Origin: Tortispora ganteri
Lineage: Eukaryota
Reading direction: 5' to 3'
DNA: 64,000 nucleotides
Assembly (NCBI GenBank): GCA_003707115.1
Contig: PPNB01000008.1
Location: 1 to 64,000 of the forward strand
Under the pieces are notes generated by a model. It searched no databases. It was given only the letters and a program-made list of their open reading frames with translations, and was not told where the DNA came from. The translations under genes were made by a program, and so were the position numbers. Positions 30,501 to 39,864 of this stretch are shown here, in pieces. Position 1 is the stretch's first letter, and each line of letters starts with the position of its first letter.

Positions 30501-33500
30501 CGGCATATTCTTATAGGCAATGATCTCTTCCAGCTCAGCTAACATCTGTACTCGAACTATAACCGAATAAGCACGATTGTAGCTTTCACTGACTAGTGCA
30601 GTAAGTTCTGTAATAAGCAAGTCTCTTGCTTTGAAAATATGAGATTTGGCATCGTCGAATTGATTCTCATGAACTAGATAAATAGCAGTGAAGAAGGCTC
30701 TATCAGGAGAGTCTGGCTTCATCATGCCAATATATGAGTCCATCTTTTCCCACTCTCGTAATCCCCAGGCAGCAGCTGCTGCAAGAGGTGCTATAGTTCT
30801 TCTTATATCGTTTGAGGAACCAATCCACTTCTCTTGGGCTAGCTGAGATAACTGTTCCCATTCTCCTAAAGCATGCAAACACCTCATCTTACCCATTGTG
30901 ACTTCAATAGACCCTGGCTCTTCCTTCTCGCGACGATCGTAGGCTTCCAAAGCGTCGTCCCATCTTTGCAATTTTTCGTACCAAGTTTCTTTAAGTTGCA
31001 AATCGTGATGGCGCTGGGCATGTTTCAGAATACCTACTGCAGCATCAGACTGTTGCAACTGATTATTGATACTAATCAATGACTCGATTGTAGCCGTAGT
31101 AGGCTCTTGTATGAATTCAATCTCCTTATAATGAAGAGCCTTAGCATAAGCATGACATCTTTGTGCGTACTGTCCAAATGTGCGAATATCTATCGGTAAA
31201 GCTTTGTCATCGTGTTCCATGAATTCAGCAAGATTAAGAAGAGTTTGTAAAGTTTCAGGAGGTATATTTGGCGACATCAGCGCAGTCTCAAGTGATTGAA
31301 CCAGCTCGCTCTGATACTTCTCATAGAGTTCAGACCAGCAACTAGCAAAACTAGCATTGAAGAGTTCCTTGGCTAATGGGAAGTAAACGCTAGCCAGACC
31401 AGCACATGCTCTCAAAGCATGAGAAGGCGATTCTTTAAGTAATTCAACGCACAAGCGCCTCATCCACTCTAACCAATCTTCTTTAGTCGACTGTTGAGAT
31501 GCGTCCCAAGTAGCCTTAAGGTGCTGTTGATTCACAGGCAACTTCTTCGACGGTACTTCTGCAACGTTGATGTCTTCTTGCTCAGCGGATATAAATCCCG
31601 GGATACGAGATTCAATATCATCTGGCAAAACTTCGCCGTTCAATACATGGTTGGATAAAGTAGTATAGAGTGGATGATATATCCTTTTGGACATAAGAGT
31701 CTTATTAATGACAGGCAAGAATATCCTTGTCTCAGTCTGGCCACTCTGATAAATCAGTGCACACAACGTGTCCAATGCAACGGATCTGATGTCATCATTG
31801 GCAGACTGAATAATGCGAAGAATAGCGTGAATGATTAATGAAAGCAAGTCCGTGAGGTTAACGTTCTTTGAGATTTGTGTAATAGAACGCAACGCCGATA
31901 TGCGAACGCTATTAGAGCTAGTTTCTGTTAATCGGATAATATTTGGAATGATCAAGTTTGTGAATTCTTCAATAGTTGATCCAAAAACAGTAAAAGCGTG
32001 TAATACTTTCTGTGTAGTATTTTTTTGCGAACTGTCGTCGTTTTCTAAAACAGCCAGCATATGAGGCAAGATTGTGGGTAGATGCAGCTTGAATTCTCCA
32101 TCTAAAGCACGTGCAACTGCTTCTACCATGCCGAACATAGCTATTTCAAGACTTGGAGATATTTGAACATTATAAGTCGGGTCATATATGTCTCGAATAA
32201 GCATAAAAATTTGAGGTAAAAATGGCCGGATATGCTGTTTGACAATCTTTATAAGTTCACTCATTTGCTGGAAGTAAAACTCAAGCATGCTCGAGTTGCA
32301 CGATCTCATCACTGCAAGAACGTTAGGAATAATCTGAGGAAGAAAAGGAACACATTGAAGACCTAGCGCTTTGAAAATGTACATGATGGCTTGGATAACG
32401 GCCGTATGGTGAGCCCCTAAAGAAGGATCACGTAGTATATTCATTAGCGTGTGGATAACAACAGTAGGGTAATAGTCATCAGATGAAGGATTCATACCCG
32501 CCATGAGCAGGCTTACATCTGCAGTTGCTGCAGCTTGGTCAGTAATGTGATCATCGTTCCCACTGACCAGCATTTGGTACTTATATGGATCAAGTGCACC
32601 CAAAATTCCAATGAGTTTAACTGTCTCACGGCGCGTGTTGATCGACTGGTCGGACCTAAGAATAGAGATAAGTATGCTTATTAGCTGAGGGTAGTCAATA
32701 ATCGGATCTATAACGTAACCAGAGCTAGAAGCAAGCTGTCCTAATGTGCATAAGGCGGCATCTCGTTTAGCTTGAGAACCTTGATCTTGGAAATTTTCAA
32801 GAATAAGCTGCATAATATCGGAAACGTATGGCAGCATATCCTCACCTCCAGATTTAGAAAGTTCACCAATGCACGATATGATAGTTGAAGAAACGCCGGT
32901 TCCTCTTTCGCGAGCTTTAGGCAGCAAAACTTTTATCATTGGTTTGACGTAAGGCTTTGTGAGAGAGCTAGTTAAACTGACAAGAATAGACAAGAGTTTT
33001 GCAGACTCTTCCTTTTCTCTGCTAGTAGTAGAGTACTCAATTTTTGTGAGTAACTGTATAAGGATTTTGCGCAAAGAGGGCATGATATAAGCCGGGTTAA
33101 TTAGTGTCAAACGTCCAATTATCCGTATTGCAGCTTCACGGACTGCAAACAGTTCATCATTAAACGCTAAAAACAGTAGAGCAACATTTGAAGCCTGTGA
33201 TATATGCGGATCAAAGCGTGAATCAAACGACTGAATTACTTGGAGTCGTATTTCTGGAACGGGGTCTGCTACCGAAAGAGCCAACAGCTTTCCCAAGACC
33301 TGTTCAACAGCAGAAAGCGCGTAAGCGCTTGTCTGGAAACAAATGGGGTCTTTGAGAAATAGACTGCAACAAGTGAGAGCTGTTTGTCTTCGAACATCCG
33401 GGTTGTCGTGATTGATATAGCTAATAGCGCACGATCGAACAAATTCGTTAAGCACGTGGCCTTTAAAATCGAAAGATCCTAGTATTCGCATTGCAAGTGC

Positions 33501-34943
33501 AATAAGCTGAGCTTCAGACATATCGTTCCCGTCTCTTGAGAGGGACGCTTCACGAGCTTCATGTGCCAGTTGTGGGTTCATTGGTTTGTCAGAGTCGGGG
33601 CTACCTGAAGGACGGAAAGGGTATCCGCTAAGCAGAAAGCTGATAGTGTTCAATAGACGATCCTGAATTGTAGGAAGCAATGGAGGAATGTATCTAGACA
33701 GGTCCATAAGAATTTTCAGCAGAGAGTCCGATAGACCAGAGGCGAAGATAAGATCGAGGATATCTCTGTGCATGTGCTTTATGAGTACCTGGCCGACAGC
33801 TTCAGCGAGAAGAGATATACATTCAAATATAGCTGATTCATGTTCTTTTCTTGTTTTGTCTTTAGCAGCGAGTCCATCTTTAATGTGGACAAGGATTGCA
33901 TCGAGGTAAGGACCCATATTGCTTCTTACGGAGGTGGCTACACGACCGATTGAGCAGAATGCGAGGTTTCTATCGCGGTCCTTTTTCAGTTGACCAAGAA
34001 GATAAAGCATGCATCTATGCAGATATGTGTTGACGAACTCTGTAGGGTTGTATGAAGCAAGGATAGGGATCATTGATATGACAGTTCTGCGGACGAGGAC
34101 ATCACGATAATCTTTTAGTCCAAGGACGATTTCGCAAACTTCATCATATTTGTCGTGCATGAACATTCCACCTTTTATCAAGAGTTGATTAAAAGCGAGT
34201 AAAGAGCCATGAACAGAGTCTGGTGAATTTGAGTTAAGACCTTTGTATGCTTCGTCAAGGATACGCTGAAACCATTGTCTGCGAAGGGTGCTATCACGCT
34301 GGTATATGATATCGAGACATTCTTGGAGGGCTAAGGCTGCATCATTTCTGACATTTACCTTTGGATCGCGCAGGCCGACCCAGAGGAGGTCAAGTATTTG
34401 CGGGATGTAGCCGTAAAGTAAGGTAGGACTATTTTCAGCTAGTGCTTGGATGATAAGGACGGAGGCGTGTCGTCTTATACTGTCACGGTCACGTTGAAGA
34501 TCGAGTTGAAGCCATTCCATACATCTTTTCACTTCGAAGTCGACGAATTCTGCAGTTAATGTACCGCTAGGGGCTGCGAGCTTGCCGAGAGCTTTAGCTG
34601 CAGTACGCATTGCTTCGAGGTCAGTTGAAGGGATCACAAAGCGGAGGTAATTTGCGTAACGAGTTATTTTTGTAGTTGATTCTTCGCCTGTATCAAATTC
34701 TATGAGTCTATCAATAGCTGCGATTCCGCCCATTCTGTCTTTTTGATCAGGTGAATGTATTAGTTCGAAGAGGTTACGGTTGACTTCATTATTGTAACGT
34801 GTGAATTGTTCAGAGGGCATTTCGCGGTACGCTGCGCGCATTTGTTGAAGTAATTCATCAGCTGCTTTATCTCTAACATTGACATTGCGTGATTTTAATT
34901 TTTGGAAAGTTTCTGGCAGAGCAGTATCGTCTGCTTTCTGCAT
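27549..34943 (-). CDS. TOR: Target of rapamycin kinase
   Basis: HEAT repeats, FAT domain, FRB (VAVLWHEQWHEGLE...QAWDIYY), PIKK kinase (GLGDRHPSN, HIDFGD), FATC LCQHFIGWCSFW. Confidence 0.98.
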   Translation of the reverse strand: MQKADDTALPETFQKLKSRNVNVRDKAADELLQQMRAAYREMPSEQFTRYNNEVNRNLFELIHSPDQKDRMGGIAAIDRLIEFDTGEESTTKITRYANYLRFVIPSTDLEAMRTAAKALGKLAAPSGTLTAEFVDFEVKRCMEWLQLDLQRDRDSIRRHASVLIIQALAENSPTLLYGYIPQILDLLWVGLRDPKVNVRNDAALALQECLDIIYQRDSTLRRQWFQRILDEAYKGLNSNSPDSVHGSLLAFNQLLIKGGMFMHDKYDEVCEIVLGLKDYRDVLVRRTVISMIPILASYNPTEFVNTYLHRCMLYLLGQLKKDRDRNLAFCSIGRVATSVRSNMGPYLDAILVHIKDGLAAKDKTRKEHESAIFECISLLAEAVGQVLIKHMHRDILDLIFASGLSDSLLKILMDLSRYIPPLLPTIQDRLLNTISFLLSGYPFRPSGSPDSDKPMNPQLAHEAREASLSRDGNDMSEAQLIALAMRILGSFDFKGHVLNEFVRSCAISYINHDNPDVRRQTALTCCSLFLKDPICFQTSAYALSAVEQVLGKLLALSVADPVPEIRLQVIQSFDSRFDPHISQASNVALLFLAFNDELFAVREAAIRIIGRLTLINPAYIMPSLRKILIQLLTKIEYSTTSREKEESAKLLSILVSLTSSLTKPYVKPMIKVLLPKARERGTGVSSTIISCIGELSKSGGEDMLPYVSDIMQLILENFQDQGSQAKRDAALCTLGQLASSSGYVIDPIIDYPQLISILISILRSDQSINTRRETVKLIGILGALDPYKYQMLVSGNDDHITDQAAATADVSLLMAGMNPSSDDYYPTVVIHTLMNILRDPSLGAHHTAVIQAIMYIFKALGLQCVPFLPQIIPNVLAVMRSCNSSMLEFYFQQMSELIKIVKQHIRPFLPQIFMLIRDIYDPTYNVQISPSLEIAMFGMVEAVARALDGEFKLHLPTILPHMLAVLENDDSSQKNTTQKVLHAFTVFGSTIEEFTNLIIPNIIRLTETSSNSVRISALRSITQISKNVNLTDLLSLIIHAILRIIQSANDDIRSVALDTLCALIYQSGQTETRIFLPVINKTLMSKRIYHPLYTTLSNHVLNGEVLPDDIESRIPGFISAEQEDINVAEVPSKKLPVNQQHLKATWDASQQSTKEDWLEWMRRLCVELLKESPSHALRACAGLASVYFPLAKELFNASFASCWSELYEKYQSELVQSLETALMSPNIPPETLQTLLNLAEFMEHDDKALPIDIRTFGQYAQRCHAYAKALHYKEIEFIQEPTTATIESLISINNQLQQSDAAVGILKHAQRHHDLQLKETWYEKLQRWDDALEAYDRREKEEPGSIEVTMGKMRCLHALGEWEQLSQLAQEKWIGSSNDIRRTIAPLAAAAAWGLREWEKMDSYIGMMKPDSPDRAFFTAIYLVHENQFDDAKSHIFKARDLLITELTALVSESYNRAYSVIVRVQMLAELEEIIAYKNMPRDSDQQRVMRKTWTKRLMGSQKNVDIRQRMLKIRSLVINPEEDSQNWIKFANLCRKSGRLGLAEKTLQSISIVPYNRENIQEFALATPNVLYSQLKYDWATEDKEQVLNRMSEFTRILASDIDGQNANEKRSSTSVRLGTGMTALERQKLLSRCCVKQGEWKVALNPDWQKDEVIAQDVLNSYWHATKYDPEWYKAWHNWALTNFEVVSNYDHLSKKERDDLMTLDHALLFVVQAIEGFFKSIALSEGNSLQDTLRLLTLWFKYGGLQQPAQAINEGFSSISIDTWLEVIPQLITRIHQPNPMVRRSLHRLLTELGRVHPQALVYPLTVAIKSDSISRQKAAMSIIDKMKQHSPRLVEQAELVSHELIRVAVLWHEQWHEGLETASRLFFGDNNIEKMFATLEPLHKMLERGPETLREVSFHTAFGRDLRDAYQWTQSFKRKKDIGQLNQAWDIYYSVFRRISRQLPQLQSLDLQYVSPKLLACRDLDIAVPGTYQSGKPIIRIMKIDPIFTVISSKQRPRRLTIQGSDGKDYQYLLKGHEDIRQDGLVMQLFSLVNTILAEDSECFKRHLNIQRYPVIPLSPKSGLLGWVQDSDTFHVLIREYRENRKIMLNLEHRIMLQMAPDYDNLTLLQKVEVFTYALDYTSGQDLYRVLWLKSRSSEAWLDRRTTYTRSLAVMSMVGYILGLGDRHPSNLMLNRYTGKVIHIDFGDCFEAAILREKYPEKVPFRLTRMLTYAMEVSGIEGSFRITCENVMRVLRDNKESLMAILEAFAHDPLINWGFELPPNALETDKNDVKGATDETSAVSSKAVVNEGETSVANGKSEEGDWQGKLDNQGANGKVVRESSMSVSPRHAINAEVEESSQYADKLAGEDMAVSNLASSMASSMMMQDRRGTIITENSDIPRRPTMDENELVALDLQNRNESRNARATVVLNRITDKLTGNDFKHSSNLDVPTQVDKLIQQATSVENLCQHFIGWCSFW

Positions 34944-34967
34944 TATTGGTGGTGAAGGTAGATGGGA

Positions 34968-35189
34968 GGTTATATAATGTATAAGTGTTTAAGTGTATGT
35001 GTATGTATGAGTATGTATGAGTATATATTATATATTATATATACATTATACACTATATGCACTATAAATCGTATACTATATACTATCTTTATAATATATA
35101 CTATATATATACTATATTTATAATATATATAATTTAAATAATACTTAAATTGTATAGCATTGTAATTACTCCTAGTAATTACTCCTAGA
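34968..35189. repeat. Extremely AT-rich (TA/TATG-like) low-complexity tract with a 13-bp tandem duplication
   Basis: Runs of TATA/TACTATA/GTAT; TAATTACTCCTAG repeated twice at about 35164-35189. Confidence 0.7.
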
Positions 35190-35651
35190 CTAATCCTCAA
35201 GTTTACAATTACGAGGATCATTTAACGCCTGAGCAATATATTTCGTATGAGTACCTTTAGCAAACATTCGATCACCACGATAAAATTCCATAGATGTAAA
35301 TGCAAGGTTAGATCCAAGTTTATGACATTTGGCAATAATGTCAATATTATCACCAAGTTTACCTCCACTAGATATAAAAGTCATATTCATGTCAATTGAT
35401 ACACCTGTAGCAAATAATCCTTCATTTGCCACTGCTAATGACCCACCAAGATCAACTATTGCCGCTACAGTACCACCATGCAAAATATGTAACCTGTTTA
35501 AGTGTCGCTGCTCTATCGGCATGTGAAGTGCAACTTCTCCTTTCTTGGCTCCAACAACTGTCATAGAACTCAACAATGTAGGCTCTAATCCTGACTCACT
35601 TAAAAAGTTCTTCCATACTGACTTCACAAACGATAATCGTTTCATTCCCAT
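35190..35651 (-). CDS. PaaI/ACOT13-like hotdog acyl-CoA thioesterase
   Basis: HLNRLHILHGGTVAAIVDLGGSLAV, GVSIDMNMTF, GTHTKY. Likely ATG at 35651 or 35645. Confidence 0.88.
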   Translation of the reverse strand: MGMKRLSFVKSVWKNFLSESGLEPTLLSSMTVVGAKKGEVALHMPIEQRHLNRLHILHGGTVAAIVDLGGSLAVANEGLFATGVSIDMNMTFISSGGKLGDNIDIIAKCHKLGSNLAFTSMEFYRGDRMFAKGTHTKYIAQALNDPRNCKLED

Positions 35652-35807
35652 ACTGTTATATCCTTTTCTATACAAAAACAAATACAACCCCCCCCGCTTT
35701 CCGAAGATTTGATCCAAATCGGAACTCATCCTCTATTAAGGCAGGGTAACTCATCTACTCAATTTCACTCTTCCACTGAAATCCCTACTGCGATCTCGCA
35801 TTTCGCT

Positions 35808-37259
35808 ATGCAGCAGGCTTTTCGATCTTCCGTGATAGAGTATCTAGAATCCCTGCCAGAACCTGTAGTAAGCAGGCTTTACCAGGTGCCTGCAACATGT
35901 CTAGCAGTGTTTCGCTTGCTCCCTGAACTCGGCCAATATCTCGTTCTTAGCATCCTCTTTTTGAATCAACCATTCAAAATTGCAGATCTCCCCGTTAAAT
36001 CAACCGCAAAATCTCGTGTAGCCTTAGACCTTGTTCGTCGCAGACTAAGAGCACTTTCTATCATAAAAGAACAAAACGGATTTGCCCAAATACACAAAAG
36101 CTTTAGACGCAACTTCAGAATAGCCTTAACTGGCGGCGACACCTCTAGGTCCTTTGGCGTCCCGTCAAACACACCAGATAAGTCCCCCGTGGACAAGCAG
36201 TTTCTTGCCGCACATGCAAAACGCCACTGGGAATCTATTCTCCACTATATGGTCGGAACTGACCTTTCAGATGTCCCTAATGATGGCGTCCTCATGCTCC
36301 TTCGTCACGCAGGTCTCATGGAAGGTAAGAACTTACACAATATGTCTATCACCCAAGCTGGTTTCCAGTTTCTTCTCCAGGACGTCCACACTCAACTATG
36401 GGCACTCTTGTTGCAGTATCTTAGTATCTCAGAGCAATTGCAGATGGATCCAGTCGATATACTACATTTCATATTCATGCTTGGAAGCATGCAACTCGGC
36501 CAGGACTACTCATTGACTGATTTATCTCCTACACAGACAAATATGCTCGAAGATCTTTGCGACTACGGTATTGTCTATAAAAGAAGCAAATCTTCTCGAA
36601 GATTTTACCCGACCCCGCTCGCTATTATGCTCACTACGGATGCCGGCTCGCTCGTCTCACCATCAGCAGCCGTAGACGCCGCAAACACTGCGTTAGACCA
36701 AAAAACGTCGGCACTGACACCTGTACCTACAGTATCTGGGATACTCTCTAACGGATCAACTTTCATATCCGATGCAGCGCCTGCGCACTTCGTACTGCTC
36801 GAGACCAATTACCGCGTATACGCCTACACCTCTTCTCCCTTACAAATCGCCATCCTGAACCTTTTTGTGCATTTAAAATCTAGGTTTCCTAACCTCGTGT
36901 CTGGTGTTATCACGCGCGACTCCGTTCGCTCTGCGCTAGCTCACGGCATTACTGCTGACCAGATCATCCTATATCTTACCGTGCATGCCCATCCGCAAAT
37001 GCTGCGCAACGACCCAGTACTCCCGGGCACTATTGCTGACCAAATAAAGCTCTGGCAGCTAGAAAAGGAGCGTATGACTACCACACAGGGATACTTGTTT
37101 AAAGACTTCAGCGGGCCGCGTGAATACGAGATAGCTGCGAGGTATGCAACCGAGATTGGAGTTCTCACCTGGCAGAACCCCAAACTCCGTGTATTCTTCG
37201 TCAATGAGGCAGGAAACTCACAGGTAGTCGATTTTATAAACCGCCGCCTGAAAAAGTGA
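35808..37259 (+). CDS. TFB2: TFIIH core subunit p52
   Basis: EYLESLP...LYQVPATCLAVFRLLP, WESILHYMVG, ITQAGFQFLLQD, ETNYRVYAYTSSPLQIAIL, DQIKLWQLE. First ATG at 35808. Confidence 0.95.
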   Translation: MQQAFRSSVIEYLESLPEPVVSRLYQVPATCLAVFRLLPELGQYLVLSILFLNQPFKIADLPVKSTAKSRVALDLVRRRLRALSIIKEQNGFAQIHKSFRRNFRIALTGGDTSRSFGVPSNTPDKSPVDKQFLAAHAKRHWESILHYMVGTDLSDVPNDGVLMLLRHAGLMEGKNLHNMSITQAGFQFLLQDVHTQLWALLLQYLSISEQLQMDPVDILHFIFMLGSMQLGQDYSLTDLSPTQTNMLEDLCDYGIVYKRSKSSRRFYPTPLAIMLTTDAGSLVSPSAAVDAANTALDQKTSALTPVPTVSGILSNGSTFISDAAPAHFVLLETNYRVYAYTSSPLQIAILNLFVHLKSRFPNLVSGVITRDSVRSALAHGITADQIILYLTVHAHPQMLRNDPVLPGTIADQIKLWQLEKERMTTTQGYLFKDFSGPREYEIAARYATEIGVLTWQNPKLRVFFVNEAGNSQVVDFINRRLKK

Positions 37260-37373
37260 CACTGAATGCTGCATATGACATGTTACTCCTTGCTGCCTAT
37301 AGACACTGCGAACCTCCCAGGCAAGCTCCTCTTTCGACTCCGATCTCTCGTGTGTTTGCATGAATGATCCCCC

Positions 37374-37913
37374 ATGACAAGCAACCGATCGCAGGTCAAG
37401 AAGTTCAAAATATCTAAATCCAAATCGAAAAATGCCTCTAATATCTTGAAAACACTGGACGAATCCAGTGACGATTTAGTTGCGAAGTCTCGATCCACTA
37501 CGGTCCAGTCACTGTCGAAGGTACTGATGGGTGGCGACACTGCTTCCGCCTCGCAAGCTAAACAGCTGGCTATTGAAATAGAGTCATTCCAGTTTGAAAA
37601 GCATGACGGCGTCAATGCCAGCTACAGACAGGATACGAGAAAGCGGCTGCAGTACCTTAGGGACCCTAAGAACCATCTCAGGGCGAGACTCGTAGATGGT
37701 ACACTGTCTCCGATAGAGTTCTGCGCTATGACCGACGAGGAAATGGCTTCAGAAGAAAGAAGACAGGAAGACTCTTCACTCAAAGAGAGAGAGCTCCGCA
37801 GATCTGTAGCGGAAGCGGTTCCGTTGAATATCCAGCAGCTCAAAGACGGCAGAACCTCGTCGAAATGGGGGCTTGAGTCTTCAGCTGCTGCTATCGAAGA
37901 TGGAGACGCATGA
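37374..37913 (+). CDS. Protein with an isolated TFIIS central (domain II/TFIIS-M)-like domain
   Basis: LAIEIES...YRQDTRKRLQYLRDPKNHLRARLVDGTLSPIEFCAMTDEEMASEE resembles TFIIS-M. No zinc-ribbon Cys pairs. Confidence 0.7.
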   Translation: MTSNRSQVKKFKISKSKSKNASNILKTLDESSDDLVAKSRSTTVQSLSKVLMGGDTASASQAKQLAIEIESFQFEKHDGVNASYRQDTRKRLQYLRDPKNHLRARLVDGTLSPIEFCAMTDEEMASEERRQEDSSLKERELRRSVAEAVPLNIQQLKDGRTSSKWGLESSAAAIEDGDA

Positions 37914-38152
37914 CGTTTCGCTATTCACTTTCACTGTACATTATATTGAAAAGCACACAAGGCATTTATGCCGAAACTATTATTTTTATGATTATGAATG
38001 CAAACGAATCACACTGTTTTTAGCCAACGAATCATCGAGATTCGAATATTAGTATATAAGGGTTAGGGTAATTAAACACCATTACTAATTTTTTATAAAC
38101 GCTTTTTCTTCGCTCTGACAAACATGGAATTTACCACAACATTAGCCACAAT

Positions 38153-39139
38153 ATGTCTTCAATAGTTGTACAGTCACAGCCTTCCATTCCTTTAATATCA
38201 CATAATTTGCCTGCACCTGAGCCGGAACATTGTCCAGGGCCCGAGTCGGAACAGGCAGGTACCGCAGACTCTTGCGCTGGATGTCCGAATCAGACAATCT
38301 GTGCTTCCAAATTGCCGGTAGGGCCTGACCCCGACATGCCCGCTATAAAGGCACGACTTCAGAATATAAAGCATAAACTGCTAGTACTGTCCGGTAAAGG
38401 TGGTGTTGGAAAGTCTACATTCACAAGCATGCTAGGCTGGGCTTTTGCCGCCGACGAAAATCTTGAAGTCGGCATCATGGACATAGACATGTGCGGGCCC
38501 TCAATGCCTCGTATGATGGGGGCAGAAAATGAAAAAATTCATACTTCAAATTCTGGTTGGAGCCCAGTATATGTTGCAGACAATTTGGGCATGATGTCTA
38601 TTGGGTTTATGCTTCCTAATGCCGACGACGCTGTCATCTGGCGTGGGGCGAAGAAGAACGGTCTAATAAAACAGTTTCTCAAAGATGTTGATTGGGGAAC
38701 TCTTGATTACTTAGTTGTCGATACTCCACCTGGAACTTCTGACGAGCATTTGTCTGTAAACCAGTGCTTAAAGGAATCCGGTATAGATGGCGCTATAATT
38801 GTAACTACTCCTCAAGAAGTGTCTATTCTTGATGTGAGAAAAGAATTAGACTTTTGTCGCAAAGCAGGTATAAAAGTTTTGGGAATTATTGAGAACATGT
38901 CCGGATTCGTATGTCCTAACTGCAAAGGCGAGTCTTTCATATTTGCGCCTACCACTGGTGGTGGTAAGGCTTTGGCTGACGAGTATAAAGTGCCATTCTT
39001 AGGATCGGTACCTCTAGATCCTAGAATAGGGAAGTCATGTGATATTGGTGATTCTTTCTTAGACGAATATCCGGACTCTCCTGCTTCTAAAGCCATATTA
39101 GAGGTCATCAACAAAGTTCGCTCCCAGGTTGAGAGTTGA
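38153..39139 (+). CDS. NBP35: Cytosolic Fe-S assembly P-loop NTPase
   Basis: N-terminal [11 protein letters not shown]...[40 protein letters not shown]. Confidence 0.97.
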   Translation: MSSIVVQSQPSIPLISHNLPAPEPEHCPGPESEQAGTADSCAGCPNQTICASKLPVGPDPDMPAIKARLQNIKHKLLVLSGKGGVGKSTFTSMLGWAFAADENLEVGIMDIDMCGPSMPRMMGAENEKIHTSNSGWSPVYVADNLGMMSIGFMLPNADDAVIWRGAKKNGLIKQFLKDVDWGTLDYLVVDTPPGTSDEHLSVNQCLKESGIDGAIIVTTPQEVSILDVRKELDFCRKAGIKVLGIIENMSGFVCPNCKGESFIFAPTTGGGKALADEYKVPFLGSVPLDPRIGKSCDIGDSFLDEYPDSPASKAILEVINKVRSQVES

Positions 39140-39215
39140 ACAACGCATCTATAACAGCATTTCATGACATTTTGCATATGCTAGCATATTAAGGTAAGTT
39201 CACACTGAGTACACT

Positions 39216-39298
39216 GGACTGAATGATTATAGACATTTACTGAGGATGTGCATGCAGGACATATTGTTAATAAGGAATTCTTCGTTTATGACAAGCCA
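39216..39298 (+). ncRNA. SNR57: Box C/D snoRNA snR57 (18S Gm1572)
   Basis: C-like ATGATTA at 39223, D' CTGA at 39240. Guide AGGAATTCTTCGTT before D box ATGA (39288) pairs 18S AACGAGGAAUUCCU, with the +5 position on G1572. Confidence 0.88.
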
Positions 39299-39377
39299 AT
39301 CTGGAAACTCATACATTAAATATGCTTTTCAGCCACTAACTTTTGACTAGTAAGTTACTATTTTTCTCTTTAGTGTT

Positions 39378-39461
39378 TGCTATACTGATGAAACTCTACA
39401 CATTAGTTTCCGGTGAATTGGATGATCCTTGAAACAACATGCATCACCATCTGACCTAGCA
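39378..39461 (+). ncRNA. SNR55: Box C/D snoRNA snR55 (18S Um1269)
   Basis: TGATGA at 39386. Guide CATGCATCACCA before CTGA (39451) pairs 18S UGGUGGUGCAUG, +5 on U1269. Terminal stem TGCTA/TAGCA. Confidence 0.92.
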
Positions 39462-39572
39462 TTCCTAATCTCGTGAAAGTTCACACTAACATTACGCTAA
39501 AGTCTACAGATTTTATTACTTTAAAAGGAAATATTCAACTAATGAGGAAAAGGTACGTTCATTACATTTACT

Positions 39573-39662
39573 AATGTTAAAATGATGAAGAAACTTTAAC
39601 CAGTTCTGCTACTGAGCGTTCTTGAAGATAAACCAAACTTACCAAAACTTCTGATTGACATT
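39573..39662 (+). ncRNA. SNR61: Box C/D snoRNA snR61 (25S Am1133)
   Basis: ATGATGA at 39582. Guide CCAGTTCTGCT before D' CTGA (39612) pairs 25S AGCAGAACUGG. D box at 39651; terminal stem AATGTTAA/TTGACATT. Confidence 0.92.
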
Positions 39663-39725
39663 TTCTTAAAGAAACCGAAACAAATTAACTAACGTGCAAC
39701 AGTGTAAGTCATTTAATTATTCGAC

Positions 39726-39864
39726 GACAGTTTGAATGAAGAAAACTAAGTTATTATCCATTCAACGATTGCGTTCTACATATTTTTATTCTGACAGGGT
39801 TTTCTTGTCTTTATGAGAATTATGAATGCGAAAGGACTTAAATCGGCTTGCTGAACAAACTGTC
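39726..39864 (+). ncRNA. Unassigned box C/D snoRNA-like RNA
   Basis: 9-bp terminal stem GACAGTTTG/CAAACTGTC, C-like ATGAAGA at 39736, CTGA at 39791 and 39851. It lies in its own intron, like the three neighbouring snoRNAs. Confidence 0.7.

Noticed and set aside
38153..39139. Alternative yeast genetic code (CUG=Ser/Ala)
   Set aside because: CTG codons fall at conserved hydrophobic/Leu positions (e.g. [10 protein letters not shown]), consistent with the standard code.
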